DNA from: Myxococcales bacterium | GTDB lineage: Bacteria; Myxococcota_A; Polyangia; Polyangiales; Polyangiaceae | Assembly: GCA_031408355.1 (NCBI GenBank) | Contig: JANNWK010001141.1 | Span: 1 to 40,887, forward strand | Direction: 5' to 3' | Length of the DNA: 40,887 nucleotides | In this document: piece by piece, positions 26,862 to 35,908 of the stretch | How the letters are laid out: the number at the start of each line of letters is the position of its first letter | Numbering within the stretch: position 1 is the stretch's first letter | The notes under the pieces: model-generated | The model's input: only the letters and a program-made list of their open reading frames with translations | Database searches by the model: none | Told to the model about the DNA's origin: nothing | Position numbers and translations under genes: made by a program

Positions 26862-27851
26862 TTACTCGCCCAGCGTCTTGTCGACCTGGGGAACGGCCTT
26901 CTGGAACTCCTCACCGAACCATTCGGCCGTTCTGGCTTGCGTCAGGTCGAGCTCGAAGTCCGGAGGGGCGCTGTTCCCAAGCTTGTCGAGCAGCTCCGTC
27001 GCCTCGCGCTTGGCCAGGCCGAGTTGCTCCAAATCCGCTGGCGAAAGCGCGCCCGGCTTGGCGCTCAGTCCGGCGCCCTCCACGGTCACAAGCCGCCGCA
27101 GCGCGTCCAGCTCCATGCGTGACACGCGGGCGCCGCACACGTCGTAGTCGATCCACGCCTCGTAGCTGTGTGGCGCCACGCGCTTGAGCATTCCGGCCAG
27201 GACGCGGCCATACTCCTGGATCTCCCATTGCGCGTGCCGGTCGACGCGGAGCTTCAGGAAGTGCAGGAAGTTGTGAAGATCAATTTTCCAGTACCACTGG
27301 GTGTAGGTCGACAACGGCAGATCGATGCGGGCCAGTTCGCGGGCGATGTCCTGCGAGGTCATGTGTTCGTAGGCATCGCGGCTCAGTCTTCGGATCTCGT
27401 TCCAGCGCGCCACGGCCTCGGCGTACTTCTCGGGCGAGACGGGCGTGCCGCTGCGTCCCTGATTGTTGCTTGCGCTCTGCGTCTGCAGTTGCTCAGCGCT
27501 GGGAGTGTAAAACAACATCGGCATCAACGAGTAGCGGCCGCTGTATTCGTTGACTGACGCCGCCCTGTGCCGAATCCACTGGCGAGCGATGAACATCGGC
27601 ATGCAACAGTGGAACTTGAGCTCGAGCATCTCGCTCGGGGTGGTGTGAAGGTGACGTCGCAGGTAGCGGAGCAGGCCGCGAGTCAGGGTGGCCTTGCGTG
27701 TGCCGTAGCCGTAGCTGACGCGGGCGGCGCGCTCGATGCACTCGTCGGTGCCCATGTAGTCCACCAGCGCCACGAAGCCGTGGTCAAGGACCGGAAAGTA
27801 CTGGCCCAGAATTTCCTCGGCACCGGGCGAAACGGGTCGCTTGCTGGACAT
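26862..27851 (-). CDS. thyX: FAD-dependent thymidylate synthase
   Basis: AARVSY, HTTPSE, RQWIRHRAASVNEYSGRY, ELAR, LR...HAQWEI. Start at MSSK (27851). Confidence 0.96.
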   Translation of the reverse strand: MSSKRPVSPGAEEILGQYFPVLDHGFVALVDYMGTDECIERAARVSYGYGTRKATLTRGLLRYLRRHLHTTPSEMLELKFHCCMPMFIARQWIRHRAASVNEYSGRYSLMPMLFYTPSAEQLQTQSASNNQGRSGTPVSPEKYAEAVARWNEIRRLSRDAYEHMTSQDIARELARIDLPLSTYTQWYWKIDLHNFLHFLKLRVDRHAQWEIQEYGRVLAGMLKRVAPHSYEAWIDYDVCGARVSRMELDALRRLVTVEGAGLSAKPGALSPADLEQLGLAKREATELLDKLGNSAPPDFELDLTQARTAEWFGEEFQKAVPQVDKTLGE

Positions 27852-27928
27852 TCGGCCGACCGTAGTACGGACCCGGGTCTGCCAGAAGCACCTCGTCGGC
27901 GCTGGGTGCCGGGGGTAGGCTGACCTTC

Positions 27929-30901
27929 GTGCCGAGCCCGAGTCGCTGTCTCCTCTTGTCCGCGTTCGGCGTTGCCGGGCTGTGCGGCCCCCTCGTGGCT
28001 TGCTCGGGCGTGCGGCACGCGCCACCTGCGCCCGCGCGGGGCCTGCAGGTCCTGCCCGTCAAGCCGGCGCTGGCGGCGCCCGGTCCACGGCTGTTCCCGC
28101 CGACTCGGGGCCCGGGAACGGTTGAGGCAGGGTTTCTGCATGACGGGTCCAGACGCCTCCTTTCGTTTGGAATGCGGGTCGTAGAGCACGCGGACGGGAC
28201 CCTCGAGGTGGGGGACGAGTTATTGCCGGCAGCGCGCAGCGCGAAGTTCCTGGAGCTGCCCGCTCGCCTGGGTGGAGGCTTCTTGTTCTCGATCGTCTCG
28301 TCCAGCGTCACGCTGCTCTATCGCTCCGCGAGCTGGGCCGGGACGCTCAAGCCGGTGGCGCAGCTGGACTTCGAGGTCGAGCGGCTCGTCCCGGGTTTCG
28401 ATCGGTTGCTGCTCTTGCCGCGCAGGGAGAGCGACTACCGAGCGCTCGATCTGGAGAGTGGAGAGCCATTGCCCGCTATCGGCCTACCAGCAGCGCCTGC
28501 CTACGGTGGGATGGCCTTCGCTGACGGCTGGTTCGGGGCAGTTCAGGTGCCACTCCGCGGCACGCTGGTGAGCTTCGACGCGGGCGCCAGTTGGCATCCC
28601 CTCGAGATGCCGGTGACCCGATTCGAGGCCCTGGGCGGCTCGCTCTCGCTCACGACGCCGACGGCGACTTACCTGCTCAGCCCTCGAGGCGCGCTCTCTC
28701 ACGTCGCGGATCGCGACGCTTCTCAGCAGAGTGAGGCGGTTCAGTCCGAGCTTGCGCGAGTGCTTGGCGCCGTCGCGGAGCGCCCGCTGCGCCCGGCCCG
28801 AGCCATGCTCGAAACCGCTGCGCTATTTGGTTTTCCTGACGGGCGAGGTGGCGCTTTCGTGGCCGCGGGCGGCACGCTGTCACGCGTCGCGCTCGACACC
28901 GGTCGGGTGCTCGAAAGTCGTCGTGGAGCCTATCCGGGGGCGACCGAGTGCCAGGGCGTCAGGCTGGGACAAGCAGGCGTCGGGTTCGTCTGCGGGCAGG
29001 GTCAGGAACTCACCCGTATCTATCGCGCGGTGGCGCCCTTGGGCCTCGAACTTGTCGCCGAGTTTCCTGGAGCGAGGGTCGTCGGTGACAGCGGCAGCGG
29101 CAGCTTGGTCGTGCGCGGGACGTGCTCTGGCCCCAATAAGGGGCTCAGCTACTGCGTGGTGCCTGGGAGCGGCGCTGCTCATCAGCTCACGGTCGAGAGC
29201 GAGCGGGATCGTGTGGTGGCGCTAGCGGACGGGCGCGTCGCCGTCTTGACCCCGCCCGCTTTGGGCAAGCCGGGCGCGCTACGACTGCTCTCCCGGTCGG
29301 CGCCTGCGCAGCGCATCAAGTTAAGCGCGGCCAGCGGCGAGCCGCGCCACAAGCTGTTGCTCGAGCAGGGCCTCTGGCTCGACGGGATGATCGAGAGCAG
29401 GCCCGGCTTGCTCTCGGGTTGGGTGGTGGGCGCGGGCCCGTTTGCGGGAGTGCAGGTCGACCTTTCTGGCAAGCTCTCGCTGCGTCGAGTGGAAGAACAT
29501 GCCTCGCGCGCTCTGTTTGCTGGAAAGCGCGCGCTCGTTCTGGGTACGAGCGGTCTGGCTTCCGAAACGACGGATGGTGGGTCGCAGTGGCTTGGCGTTG
29601 AGCTGCCTCCCGATATCGACCTGAAGGCGCTGGCTGGCTCGGGATTTCACCAGGGGTGCTCGGCGATAGGCTGCGCGTTCGCGGGCTTCACGCGGATTGG
29701 CTTCTTCGACGGACGCGCTGCCGAACGCCTGGCGGCACCACCAACTCCCGCCCGAGTACAGTTTCCGTCACCCGGAGGGGGACGTTGGGTGCTGCACTGC
29801 GAGCCGACCTCCGAAGAGAGCGCGCCGTCGCTGCCGCTGCGTCCCGCCTCGGCGCTCCGTGGCCGCCGCTCGGCCGCTATCCCTGGCGCCGTTCCGGACG
29901 AGCCTGAGCTACCGCCGCTTTCGCCACTGCTCGATGCTGCCCCACCGCCGCTGGGGGAGAACATGCTCGGCGTCGACGCTGGAACCGAGCCCCACGGGGT
30001 TCAGACACGCCTCTACGTGGTCGGGCCGCGTGGGACGGACTGGACGAGGACCGGCTCGCTGCGTATCGCCTTCGCGGACCGCTACTCGGTCAAGCCTAGC
30101 GTGCACGTTACCGCCAACGCGCGCAGCCCTTGGCCGGACGCCACAAGCGCAGCGGATGCCTTGGGCGCGGAGCCCAGCACCTCCGCTGTCGGCATGGCCG
30201 CTGCCCTCGATCACGCGGGGAATGCTGGGGGATTGCTGCTGAACTCGCGAGGGACGCTGGATCTCTTCCTGTTTGAAGCTGGTGGGGTGCCGATCCGAAT
30301 CGCCAACGTCGGAAAGCAGGGAATGGCCTCGAGATTGTCGGGGGTCGTGAAGGCGAGGGGCGGCTTTTACGTCGGCTCCTACGATGACAATACGAAGGCA
30401 TTCCGCGTCTATCACGCAGTAGGTCAGCTGCTTGAGCTCGTCCTCGAGGTAGCGGACATTCCCGCGGCGCGCGGCGGCAACGCCGAGCTTGTCCGCAGCG
30501 TGTCGGGCGACGCGCTCGCGATCTGGGTGCGTGGGACGGGTTGGTTCGTGCATCCAATCGACATGGAGACGCTCGCCGTGGAGGCGCCGTACGTGGTGAC
30601 TCCGCCCGAGCTCGCTGCCCTGCCTCGGCTCTGCGAGCCGGCTGCGGAGGGTTTCGTGGTCTCGGGAGTCGTGGCGCCTGACCCCTACGCCGAGTTGTCC
30701 GGTGGGCTGAGCGCTCGCGCGTTCGAGGGACGCTTTCGAGTTTCCGCCCTGGGTGTTTGTGTCGACGAGTTGGCTGCGCAGGGCGAGCGGACCGCCACCG
30801 CTACTGCGACGTCCAGCGGCCTTGCGCGCGCGACCGTGAGCGTGACCCTTTCGGAACGCAAACCGCTCGGTCGACGGCTGGGTTTGCGCTGCTCGAATTG
30901 A
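27929..30901 (+). CDS. Large hypothetical lipoprotein (990 aa) with two Asp-box/BNR motifs
   Basis: LVAC lipobox, SFDAGASW and TTDGGSQW, several Cys pairs, beta-rich sequence. Confidence 0.75.
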   Translation: MPSPSRCLLLSAFGVAGLCGPLVACSGVRHAPPAPARGLQVLPVKPALAAPGPRLFPPTRGPGTVEAGFLHDGSRRLLSFGMRVVEHADGTLEVGDELLPAARSAKFLELPARLGGGFLFSIVSSSVTLLYRSASWAGTLKPVAQLDFEVERLVPGFDRLLLLPRRESDYRALDLESGEPLPAIGLPAAPAYGGMAFADGWFGAVQVPLRGTLVSFDAGASWHPLEMPVTRFEALGGSLSLTTPTATYLLSPRGALSHVADRDASQQSEAVQSELARVLGAVAERPLRPARAMLETAALFGFPDGRGGAFVAAGGTLSRVALDTGRVLESRRGAYPGATECQGVRLGQAGVGFVCGQGQELTRIYRAVAPLGLELVAEFPGARVVGDSGSGSLVVRGTCSGPNKGLSYCVVPGSGAAHQLTVESERDRVVALADGRVAVLTPPALGKPGALRLLSRSAPAQRIKLSAASGEPRHKLLLEQGLWLDGMIESRPGLLSGWVVGAGPFAGVQVDLSGKLSLRRVEEHASRALFAGKRALVLGTSGLASETTDGGSQWLGVELPPDIDLKALAGSGFHQGCSAIGCAFAGFTRIGFFDGRAAERLAAPPTPARVQFPSPGGGRWVLHCEPTSEESAPSLPLRPASALRGRRSAAIPGAVPDEPELPPLSPLLDAAPPPLGENMLGVDAGTEPHGVQTRLYVVGPRGTDWTRTGSLRIAFADRYSVKPSVHVTANARSPWPDATSAADALGAEPSTSAVGMAAALDHAGNAGGLLLNSRGTLDLFLFEAGGVPIRIANVGKQGMASRLSGVVKARGGFYVGSYDDNTKAFRVYHAVGQLLELVLEVADIPAARGGNAELVRSVSGDALAIWVRGTGWFVHPIDMETLAVEAPYVVTPPELAALPRLCEPAAEGFVVSGVVAPDPYAELSGGLSARAFEGRFRVSALGVCVDELAAQGERTATATATSSGLARATVSVTLSERKPLGRRLGLRCSN

Positions 30902-30981
30902 GCCGCCCGCGTCTCACCCCGAGATGTGATACTGGCGTGCCGAATCGGCGCCATTGCCGCATTTTTATGGCGAAATCGGGT

Positions 30982-31010
30982 TTGATTTTTCTTGGGCCTG
31001 CTGCTACTAC
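30982..31010 (+). promoter_or_regulatory. Candidate sigma70-type promoter
   Basis: TTGATT (30982-30987), 17-nt spacer, TACTAC (31005-31010) with TG at the extended -10 position, in a locally AT-rich patch. The last -10 base is non-consensus. Confidence 0.45.
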
Positions 31011-31016
31011 AAAGCC

Positions 31017-31071
31017 GTCCGCGCAGAGCGAGGCTGTCCCCCCCCCGGCCCCTTTGCGCGGACACTTTTTT
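31017..31071 (+). ncRNA. Candidate small RNA (single hairpin, C-rich loop, U-tail); alternatively an intrinsic terminator
   Basis: GTCCGCGCAGAG pairs with CTTTGCGCGGAC, inner GGCTG pairs with CGGCC, loop TCCCCCCCC, then ACTTTTTT. Confidence 0.5.
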
Positions 31072-31129
31072 GTGGGTGCGCGCTCGCTGTTCGGGCGGCT
31101 GACGGCCCTGGCGCCTGCTGGCGCGCTCG

Positions 31130-31966
31130 TTAGCCCTTGTCCAGCTTCTTGGCCATGATCTCGCCGAGTTCGATGGCGCGCTTCGTCGCGGAGTCGACAG
31201 CGTCCATCAGCGTGCGGCGGAGCCCGCCGCTCTCTAGGGTGTGGAGACCTGCGATGGCGGTGCCGCCGGGGCTCGTGACCATATCCTTCAGCCGACCGGG
31301 GTGTTCGCCGGTGTCGAGCAGGAGCTTGGCTGAGCCGTACACGGTCTGAGCCGCGAGCAGCAGGGCGGTGTCTCGATGCAGGCCGACCTTCACGCCTCCG
31401 TCCGCGAGCGCCTCGATGATGAGCATCACGTAGGCGGGCCCGCTGCCGGAGAGTCCCGTCACCGCGTCGATGAGCGATTCGTCCAGCACGACGGAGCGAC
31501 CGACGGCGGCGAACAGCGCCTGCGTGAGCGCCACATCCTCCGGCGTTGAGCGCGAACCGGGCGCGATGCCGGTGGCTCCCGCCAGTGCTATGGCGGCGGT
31601 ATTCGGCATGGCCCGAACGACCCTCACGTTGGCGGGGAGGCGTGCTTCCAAAGAACGAATCGGCACTCCGGCGGCGATCGAGACGAGCAGCGTATCGGGC
31701 AAGAAGGCGTCTGACAGCTCGTCCAGGACACGGTCAATGACTTGTGGCTTGACCGCCAAGACGACCACGTCCGAGACCCCGACCAGCTCGCGGTTTTCGC
31801 GGAACGTCTTGATGCCGTGCAGGCTCGCCAGCTCCTTCAGATGATCCTCGCGGACATCGCTGGCGACGATCTGTTCGGGCTTCACGGTCTTCGAGGCCAG
31901 CAGGCCGCGAATCAGGGCTCCTGCCATGTTGCCGGCGCCCAGCATTCCGATTCTTCGAGATTCCAT
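31130..31966 (-). CDS. proC: Pyrroline-5-carboxylate reductase
   Basis: GAGNMA, AVKPQ, SIAAG, RAMPNT, SGSGPAY, VTSPGGT. Confidence 0.96.
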   Translation of the reverse strand: MESRRIGMLGAGNMAGALIRGLLASKTVKPEQIVASDVREDHLKELASLHGIKTFRENRELVGVSDVVVLAVKPQVIDRVLDELSDAFLPDTLLVSIAAGVPIRSLEARLPANVRVVRAMPNTAAIALAGATGIAPGSRSTPEDVALTQALFAAVGRSVVLDESLIDAVTGLSGSGPAYVMLIIEALADGGVKVGLHRDTALLLAAQTVYGSAKLLLDTGEHPGRLKDMVTSPGGTAIAGLHTLESGGLRRTLMDAVDSATKRAIELGEIMAKKLDKG

Positions 31967-32008
31967 CGTGGTCGAAGAGTGGCTCTGGAAGACCCGGCCC
32001 GTCAAACG

Positions 32009-33100
32009 CTATCCCAGCAGGCCTCTTAGCTTGTCCAGGAAACTCTGCTGCTGGGGCTGCACGTCTTCGCCCAGCTCCTTGCCCAGCTCTTCGATCAGCT
32101 CGTGTGCTCGGGGCGAAAGGCGTGAGGGCACCTCGACCGTTACCTCGACCAGCTGGTCGCCTCGCCCGCTACGCAGCCGATGCTCGATGCCCTTCCCGCG
32201 GATTCGAAGCACCTGACCGGGTTGAGTGGAGGGCGGTATGCGCAGCTTGACCTTGCCCTCCAGGGTGGGGATGTCGGTCTCGCCGCCCAGTGCCGCCTGT
32301 ACGAAGCTGATCGGCACCTTGCACACCACGTCATCTCCGGCGCGGCGGAAGAAAGGGTGAGCCGCCACCTCGACGAGCAGCTCCAGGCTACCGGGGGCGC
32401 GCTCCGGGCGTACGCGGTGCCCGGCCTGATCCACCACGCGTGTTGCTCCGTGCTCGATGCCGGCCGGTATGTCGACTTTCAAGACTCGGTCCGCGCTCAG
32501 CAGACCCTTGCCACCGCAGCTGCGGCAGGGAGTCGTTGGCAGTGAGCCACAGCCACGGCAGCGTGAGCAGGTTCGCTCGGCCGACAGTGGGAACAGCGCC
32601 TGCTGAAAGCGCACCCGGCCCTTGCCGGCGCAAGCCGAGCAGGTTTCGACGCGCGTGTCTGGCTCGGCGCCGCGACCGCCGCAGTGCCCGCAGCTGTCGG
32701 CGCGCTGATAGCGAACTTCCTTGACGCAGCCCTTCGCCGCCTCCTCGAAGGTCAGTCCGAGCGGCATTCGCAGATCGCCGCGATCGCCGCCGCGAAAGCC
32801 GAACACGCCCAAAAGGTCCCCGAAGATTTCGTCGAGCCCGCCGAAGTCGGCGACGTCGCCGACCGACCCTCGCCCGCCTGCCTGAAACGCCGAAGGGCCG
32901 TAGCGATCGTAGGCGCTGCGTTTGTCGGTGTCCGACAGGATTTGATGCGCCAGGTTGATTTCGGTGAAGCGCTGCTGCGCTGCTGGATCCCCCTGGTTCT
33001 TGTCGGGATGGTGCTGAGCGGCGAGCCGTCGAAAGGCGGTTTTGACTTCGGCCTCGCTCGCGCCGCGGCCAATTCCGAGGACTTCGTAGGGATCGCGCAC
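32009..33100 (-). CDS. dnaJ: Class A DnaJ chaperone
   Basis: J domain with HPD, short G/F region, four CxxCxGxG repeats, C-terminal AALGG...PTLEG...LRIRGKG. Confidence 0.9.
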   Translation of the reverse strand: MRDPYEVLGIGRGASEAEVKTAFRRLAAQHHPDKNQGDPAAQQRFTEINLAHQILSDTDKRSAYDRYGPSAFQAGGRGSVGDVADFGGLDEIFGDLLGVFGFRGGDRGDLRMPLGLTFEEAAKGCVKEVRYQRADSCGHCGGRGAEPDTRVETCSACAGKGRVRFQQALFPLSAERTCSRCRGCGSLPTTPCRSCGGKGLLSADRVLKVDIPAGIEHGATRVVDQAGHRVRPERAPGSLELLVEVAAHPFFRRAGDDVVCKVPISFVQAALGGETDIPTLEGKVKLRIPPSTQPGQVLRIRGKGIEHRLRSGRGDQLVEVTVEVPSRLSPRAHELIEELGKELGEDVQPQQQSFLDKLRGLLG

Positions 33101-33234
33101 TTTAATGGGGCCATAGCATGACCCCTTCCCGGAGTCGGCGGTCGCGACTACGATTGCGGGCTCGTCCCCCGCCGTGGCCTGTGGCCGCCCGGGTGCCCCT
33201 CAGTCCGCCGCGCCCGGTAACCCGCCTCCCCTCG

Positions 33235-33633
33235 ATGACCACGTCCGATGATGACCGGCGCTTGATTGCCCGAGCTCCGATTGAGCTCAAGGTCGAATAC
33301 AAGCGACTCAACACCTTCTTCGCGGACTACACCCGGAACATCTCGCGTGGCGGAACCTTTATCGGCACGGACAAACCGCTCCCGGTGGGAACGGAGTTCG
33401 TGTTCGCGCTTGGCGTACCGAATATGCCCGAGCCGCTTCGCCTGCGCGGGAAGGTCATCTGGACGACGGATTCTTCCGACGCAACCAAGGCCAACCCGGC
33501 CGGGATGGGAATAGAGTTTCAGTACGCGGAAGGGGAGCGCCTCGAGAAAGAGGCAGCCGTCGAGCGCTTGCTGTCGGCGCAGTTGGGGGAGCACCTCGCT
33601 ACCAAGTTGCTCGGCCGCAAACCGCAGCTATAG
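33235..33633 (+). CDS. Stand-alone PilZ-domain protein (Myxococcales TIGR02266 type)
   Basis: RLIAR (RxxxR) and NISRGG (N/DxSxxG), GMGIEF. Start at MTTS inferred. Confidence 0.88.
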   Translation: MTTSDDDRRLIARAPIELKVEYKRLNTFFADYTRNISRGGTFIGTDKPLPVGTEFVFALGVPNMPEPLRLRGKVIWTTDSSDATKANPAGMGIEFQYAEGERLEKEAAVERLLSAQLGEHLATKLLGRKPQL

Positions 33634-33640
33634 CCCGTAG

Positions 33641-35848
33641 CTACGGGACCACGACGTTCGCTGGCAGCTGGTAGCCCTTGGCGCGCTTGTCGGTCAGCGC
33701 TAGCAGGTCTCGCGCGATGGCAACTTCCACGAGGTCGACGGCTTCGCTCCTGACGACTTGCTCGAGCCCGGCCTTGCCCGCCTCGGTTCCACCTTGGACA
33801 TGGCGTGCCATTGCCGCGTAGAAGATGGCCTCCGTGCGTTGCGAGCGATCCTTGGCCGCGTTGAGCAGGTCGGCGTCGTTGAGCTTGCCCGTTGCCCAGG
33901 CTCGCAACCGGGACGGCCAACCCGAGCTGTCGTCGAGCGCTGAATAGGCGTCCTCCGCAGTCCCGCTGCTTGGTACCCGCAGCTTGCGCTCCAGAAGTTG
34001 CAGCCAAAGCGCTGGATAGACCAGATCGTCGCCCGCCATGCCGGCCTCCAGGGCTCGTTCCACGGCGGTTCGGGCGACACCCAAGTCCGACAGCGTCAGC
34101 CCTCTTCTGGCAGCGTCCATCACCGTCGCCGAGAGCAGTCTGGGGTCCGAGCCCGCCGCGTCGAAGGCGCGCTCCGTGGCGCGCCGGATGGCGCGTTGGT
34201 CGCCGTAGTGCTCAAGCACACGGGCCAAGAGCCGCTCAGCCCTGGCCTGGACTGCGCCGCCGCGTCCCTGTCGCTGCGCGGAAAGCGCTCGCGTCAGGGC
34301 GGCCTCGAGCGCGCGGCCCGCGTCGGTCGCACTGTTCTGCTCGCGAAATAGCTCGAATCGGGTGAGCTGCGCGTCGGTTTCGGTCGCGAGATCTTGCGCC
34401 GCCCGAGCCACTTCGATGGCCTTGTCGGCCCAGCTGAGGGCCTCTGGTAGCTTGCCGCGTTGGCGCTCCAGCGCGACCAGCAGCAAATAGGCTTCGCTGC
34501 TTGGCTCGTCCTGCAAGGATTGCAGGAGCAGCGGGCGCGCCCGCTCCAATTCACCGTAGCGAATTTCGATCGCTGCCATGGCAAACCGCAACCTGGCGGG
34601 AGCTGGCCTCACCTGACCGCGGAGCTTGGGCGTCAACGCCAGTTCCAAAATTGGCGCCGCGTTCTGATAAACGGCCCGCACCGCTTCAAGACCGCCGGAC
34701 TCCTCTTCTTGGTTCATGGCGCGAAGCACGAAGCCGAGGGCGGCGTTCAGTGCGCCCGCTTCGGGGTGCTCGCTCAGCGCGGGAGCCAGCACCAGCGGGC
34801 CAATTTCGGCCATTCCGTGGCTGAGCAGCTCCGCGGCGAGAGGCAGCGTGCCGCGGGCGGAGCCGGGCTCGGCGCGGAACAGACCTTCGGCTGCGCCGAA
34901 CGCGGCGGCGTCCACCAGCTCGGCAACCAGCAGGCCGTCGGCGCCGCTTCGAGCAGAGTCGAAGAACTGGTACAAATCCGCCCAAGCATCGGCGTCGTTG
35001 TCGTCGGCTGCGCGCTCGAGGCGCTCTCTCAGCTCGGGGGCCAGCAGCCGCTCGAGGCCCGCTGAATCGAGCAGATTCAACGCCCCGCGCGGGTCGCGTT
35101 GACGCAGGAAAAGCGCGACCAGCGTGTAGCCGCCGGCGCGGAGCGCTCGGTAGGCCTCATAGGCTTCGTCGCGCTCCTGGCTCGAACGGATGGGGGCCTC
35201 TCCAATGTTGGTCGCGAGCGCCTGGCGTAGCCAGGCGACCACGGACTTCTTGGCGGCCTCCATGGCCTCGGGGCTTGTGTCCAGCATGGCCCGACCGAGC
35301 GCTGCCCGGGACGCCGCCGATGCCACGGTCACGGCGCCGCTGCTTTTCGTCTCGTGCCGAAATTTCTCGATGGCATCGAGGTGCGCCCGCACATCAGTGC
35401 GCAGTGGCCCGTCCGAAAGGCGCGGCAGCAGCATGGCGTAGAGCGCCAGCGCGCGGCCGTCGTTGCCCACGCGCGCGACCTCGGTTGCCGCATCGTCGAG
35501 CGCGCTTTCCCCGCCCTCCAGCATGTCACGTCGAAACTCGCCGGCGCGCCCCAGCAGGAACGCGCCGCTCAACGCCGCAAGACCGGCCTCGGCGCTACCA
35601 GCGCTGAAACGCGAGCGTGCGCGCAGCAGCTGATGGCGCGTGACTCCGACCAGTAGGCTTGCACGCTCGCGCGTGTTCTCGCCGCTCAGCAGCAGGCGGT
35701 ACGTTGCTTGGCCGAAGGATTCGGCTGAAACGGGGGTGGCGACGAGAGGCGCCGCCTCTGAGTGCGCCGAACTCCCGGGCCGCCGCGTAGACGGCGCGCC
35801 CGCACAACCGGCGACAGCAAAGATCAGCGCAAGAGCAGCGAACCGCAT
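33641..35848 (-). CDS. All-helical TPR-like lipoprotein with NlpI-like C-terminal segment
   Basis: VAGC lipobox, TPR-like helices, C-terminal EAIFYAA...G...GLEQVV...VEVAIA. Confidence 0.72.
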   Translation of the reverse strand: MRFAALALIFAVAGCAGAPSTRRPGSSAHSEAAPLVATPVSAESFGQATYRLLLSGENTRERASLLVGVTRHQLLRARSRFSAGSAEAGLAALSGAFLLGRAGEFRRDMLEGGESALDDAATEVARVGNDGRALALYAMLLPRLSDGPLRTDVRAHLDAIEKFRHETKSSGAVTVASAASRAALGRAMLDTSPEAMEAAKKSVVAWLRQALATNIGEAPIRSSQERDEAYEAYRALRAGGYTLVALFLRQRDPRGALNLLDSAGLERLLAPELRERLERAADDNDADAWADLYQFFDSARSGADGLLVAELVDAAAFGAAEGLFRAEPGSARGTLPLAAELLSHGMAEIGPLVLAPALSEHPEAGALNAALGFVLRAMNQEEESGGLEAVRAVYQNAAPILELALTPKLRGQVRPAPARLRFAMAAIEIRYGELERARPLLLQSLQDEPSSEAYLLLVALERQRGKLPEALSWADKAIEVARAAQDLATETDAQLTRFELFREQNSATDAGRALEAALTRALSAQRQGRGGAVQARAERLLARVLEHYGDQRAIRRATERAFDAAGSDPRLLSATVMDAARRGLTLSDLGVARTAVERALEAGMAGDDLVYPALWLQLLERKLRVPSSGTAEDAYSALDDSSGWPSRLRAWATGKLNDADLLNAAKDRSQRTEAIFYAAMARHVQGGTEAGKAGLEQVVRSEAVDLVEVAIARDLLALTDKRAKGYQLPANVVVP

Positions 35849-35908
35849 CGGCTACCACCTTACCACCTAGCCGCACGAGAGCGAGCCCTCGTCCGCACCG
35901 GTGACGCC

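Noticed and set aside
30946-30961. Sigma54 -24/-12 site (GG-N10-GC) upstream of the candidate sRNA
   Set aside because: Poor match to TGGCAC-N5-TTGC, and too far from the hairpin compared with the sigma70-like element.
33101-33234. CIRCE/HrcA operator upstream of dnaJ
   Set aside because: TTAGCACTC-N9-GAGTGCTAA is not present.
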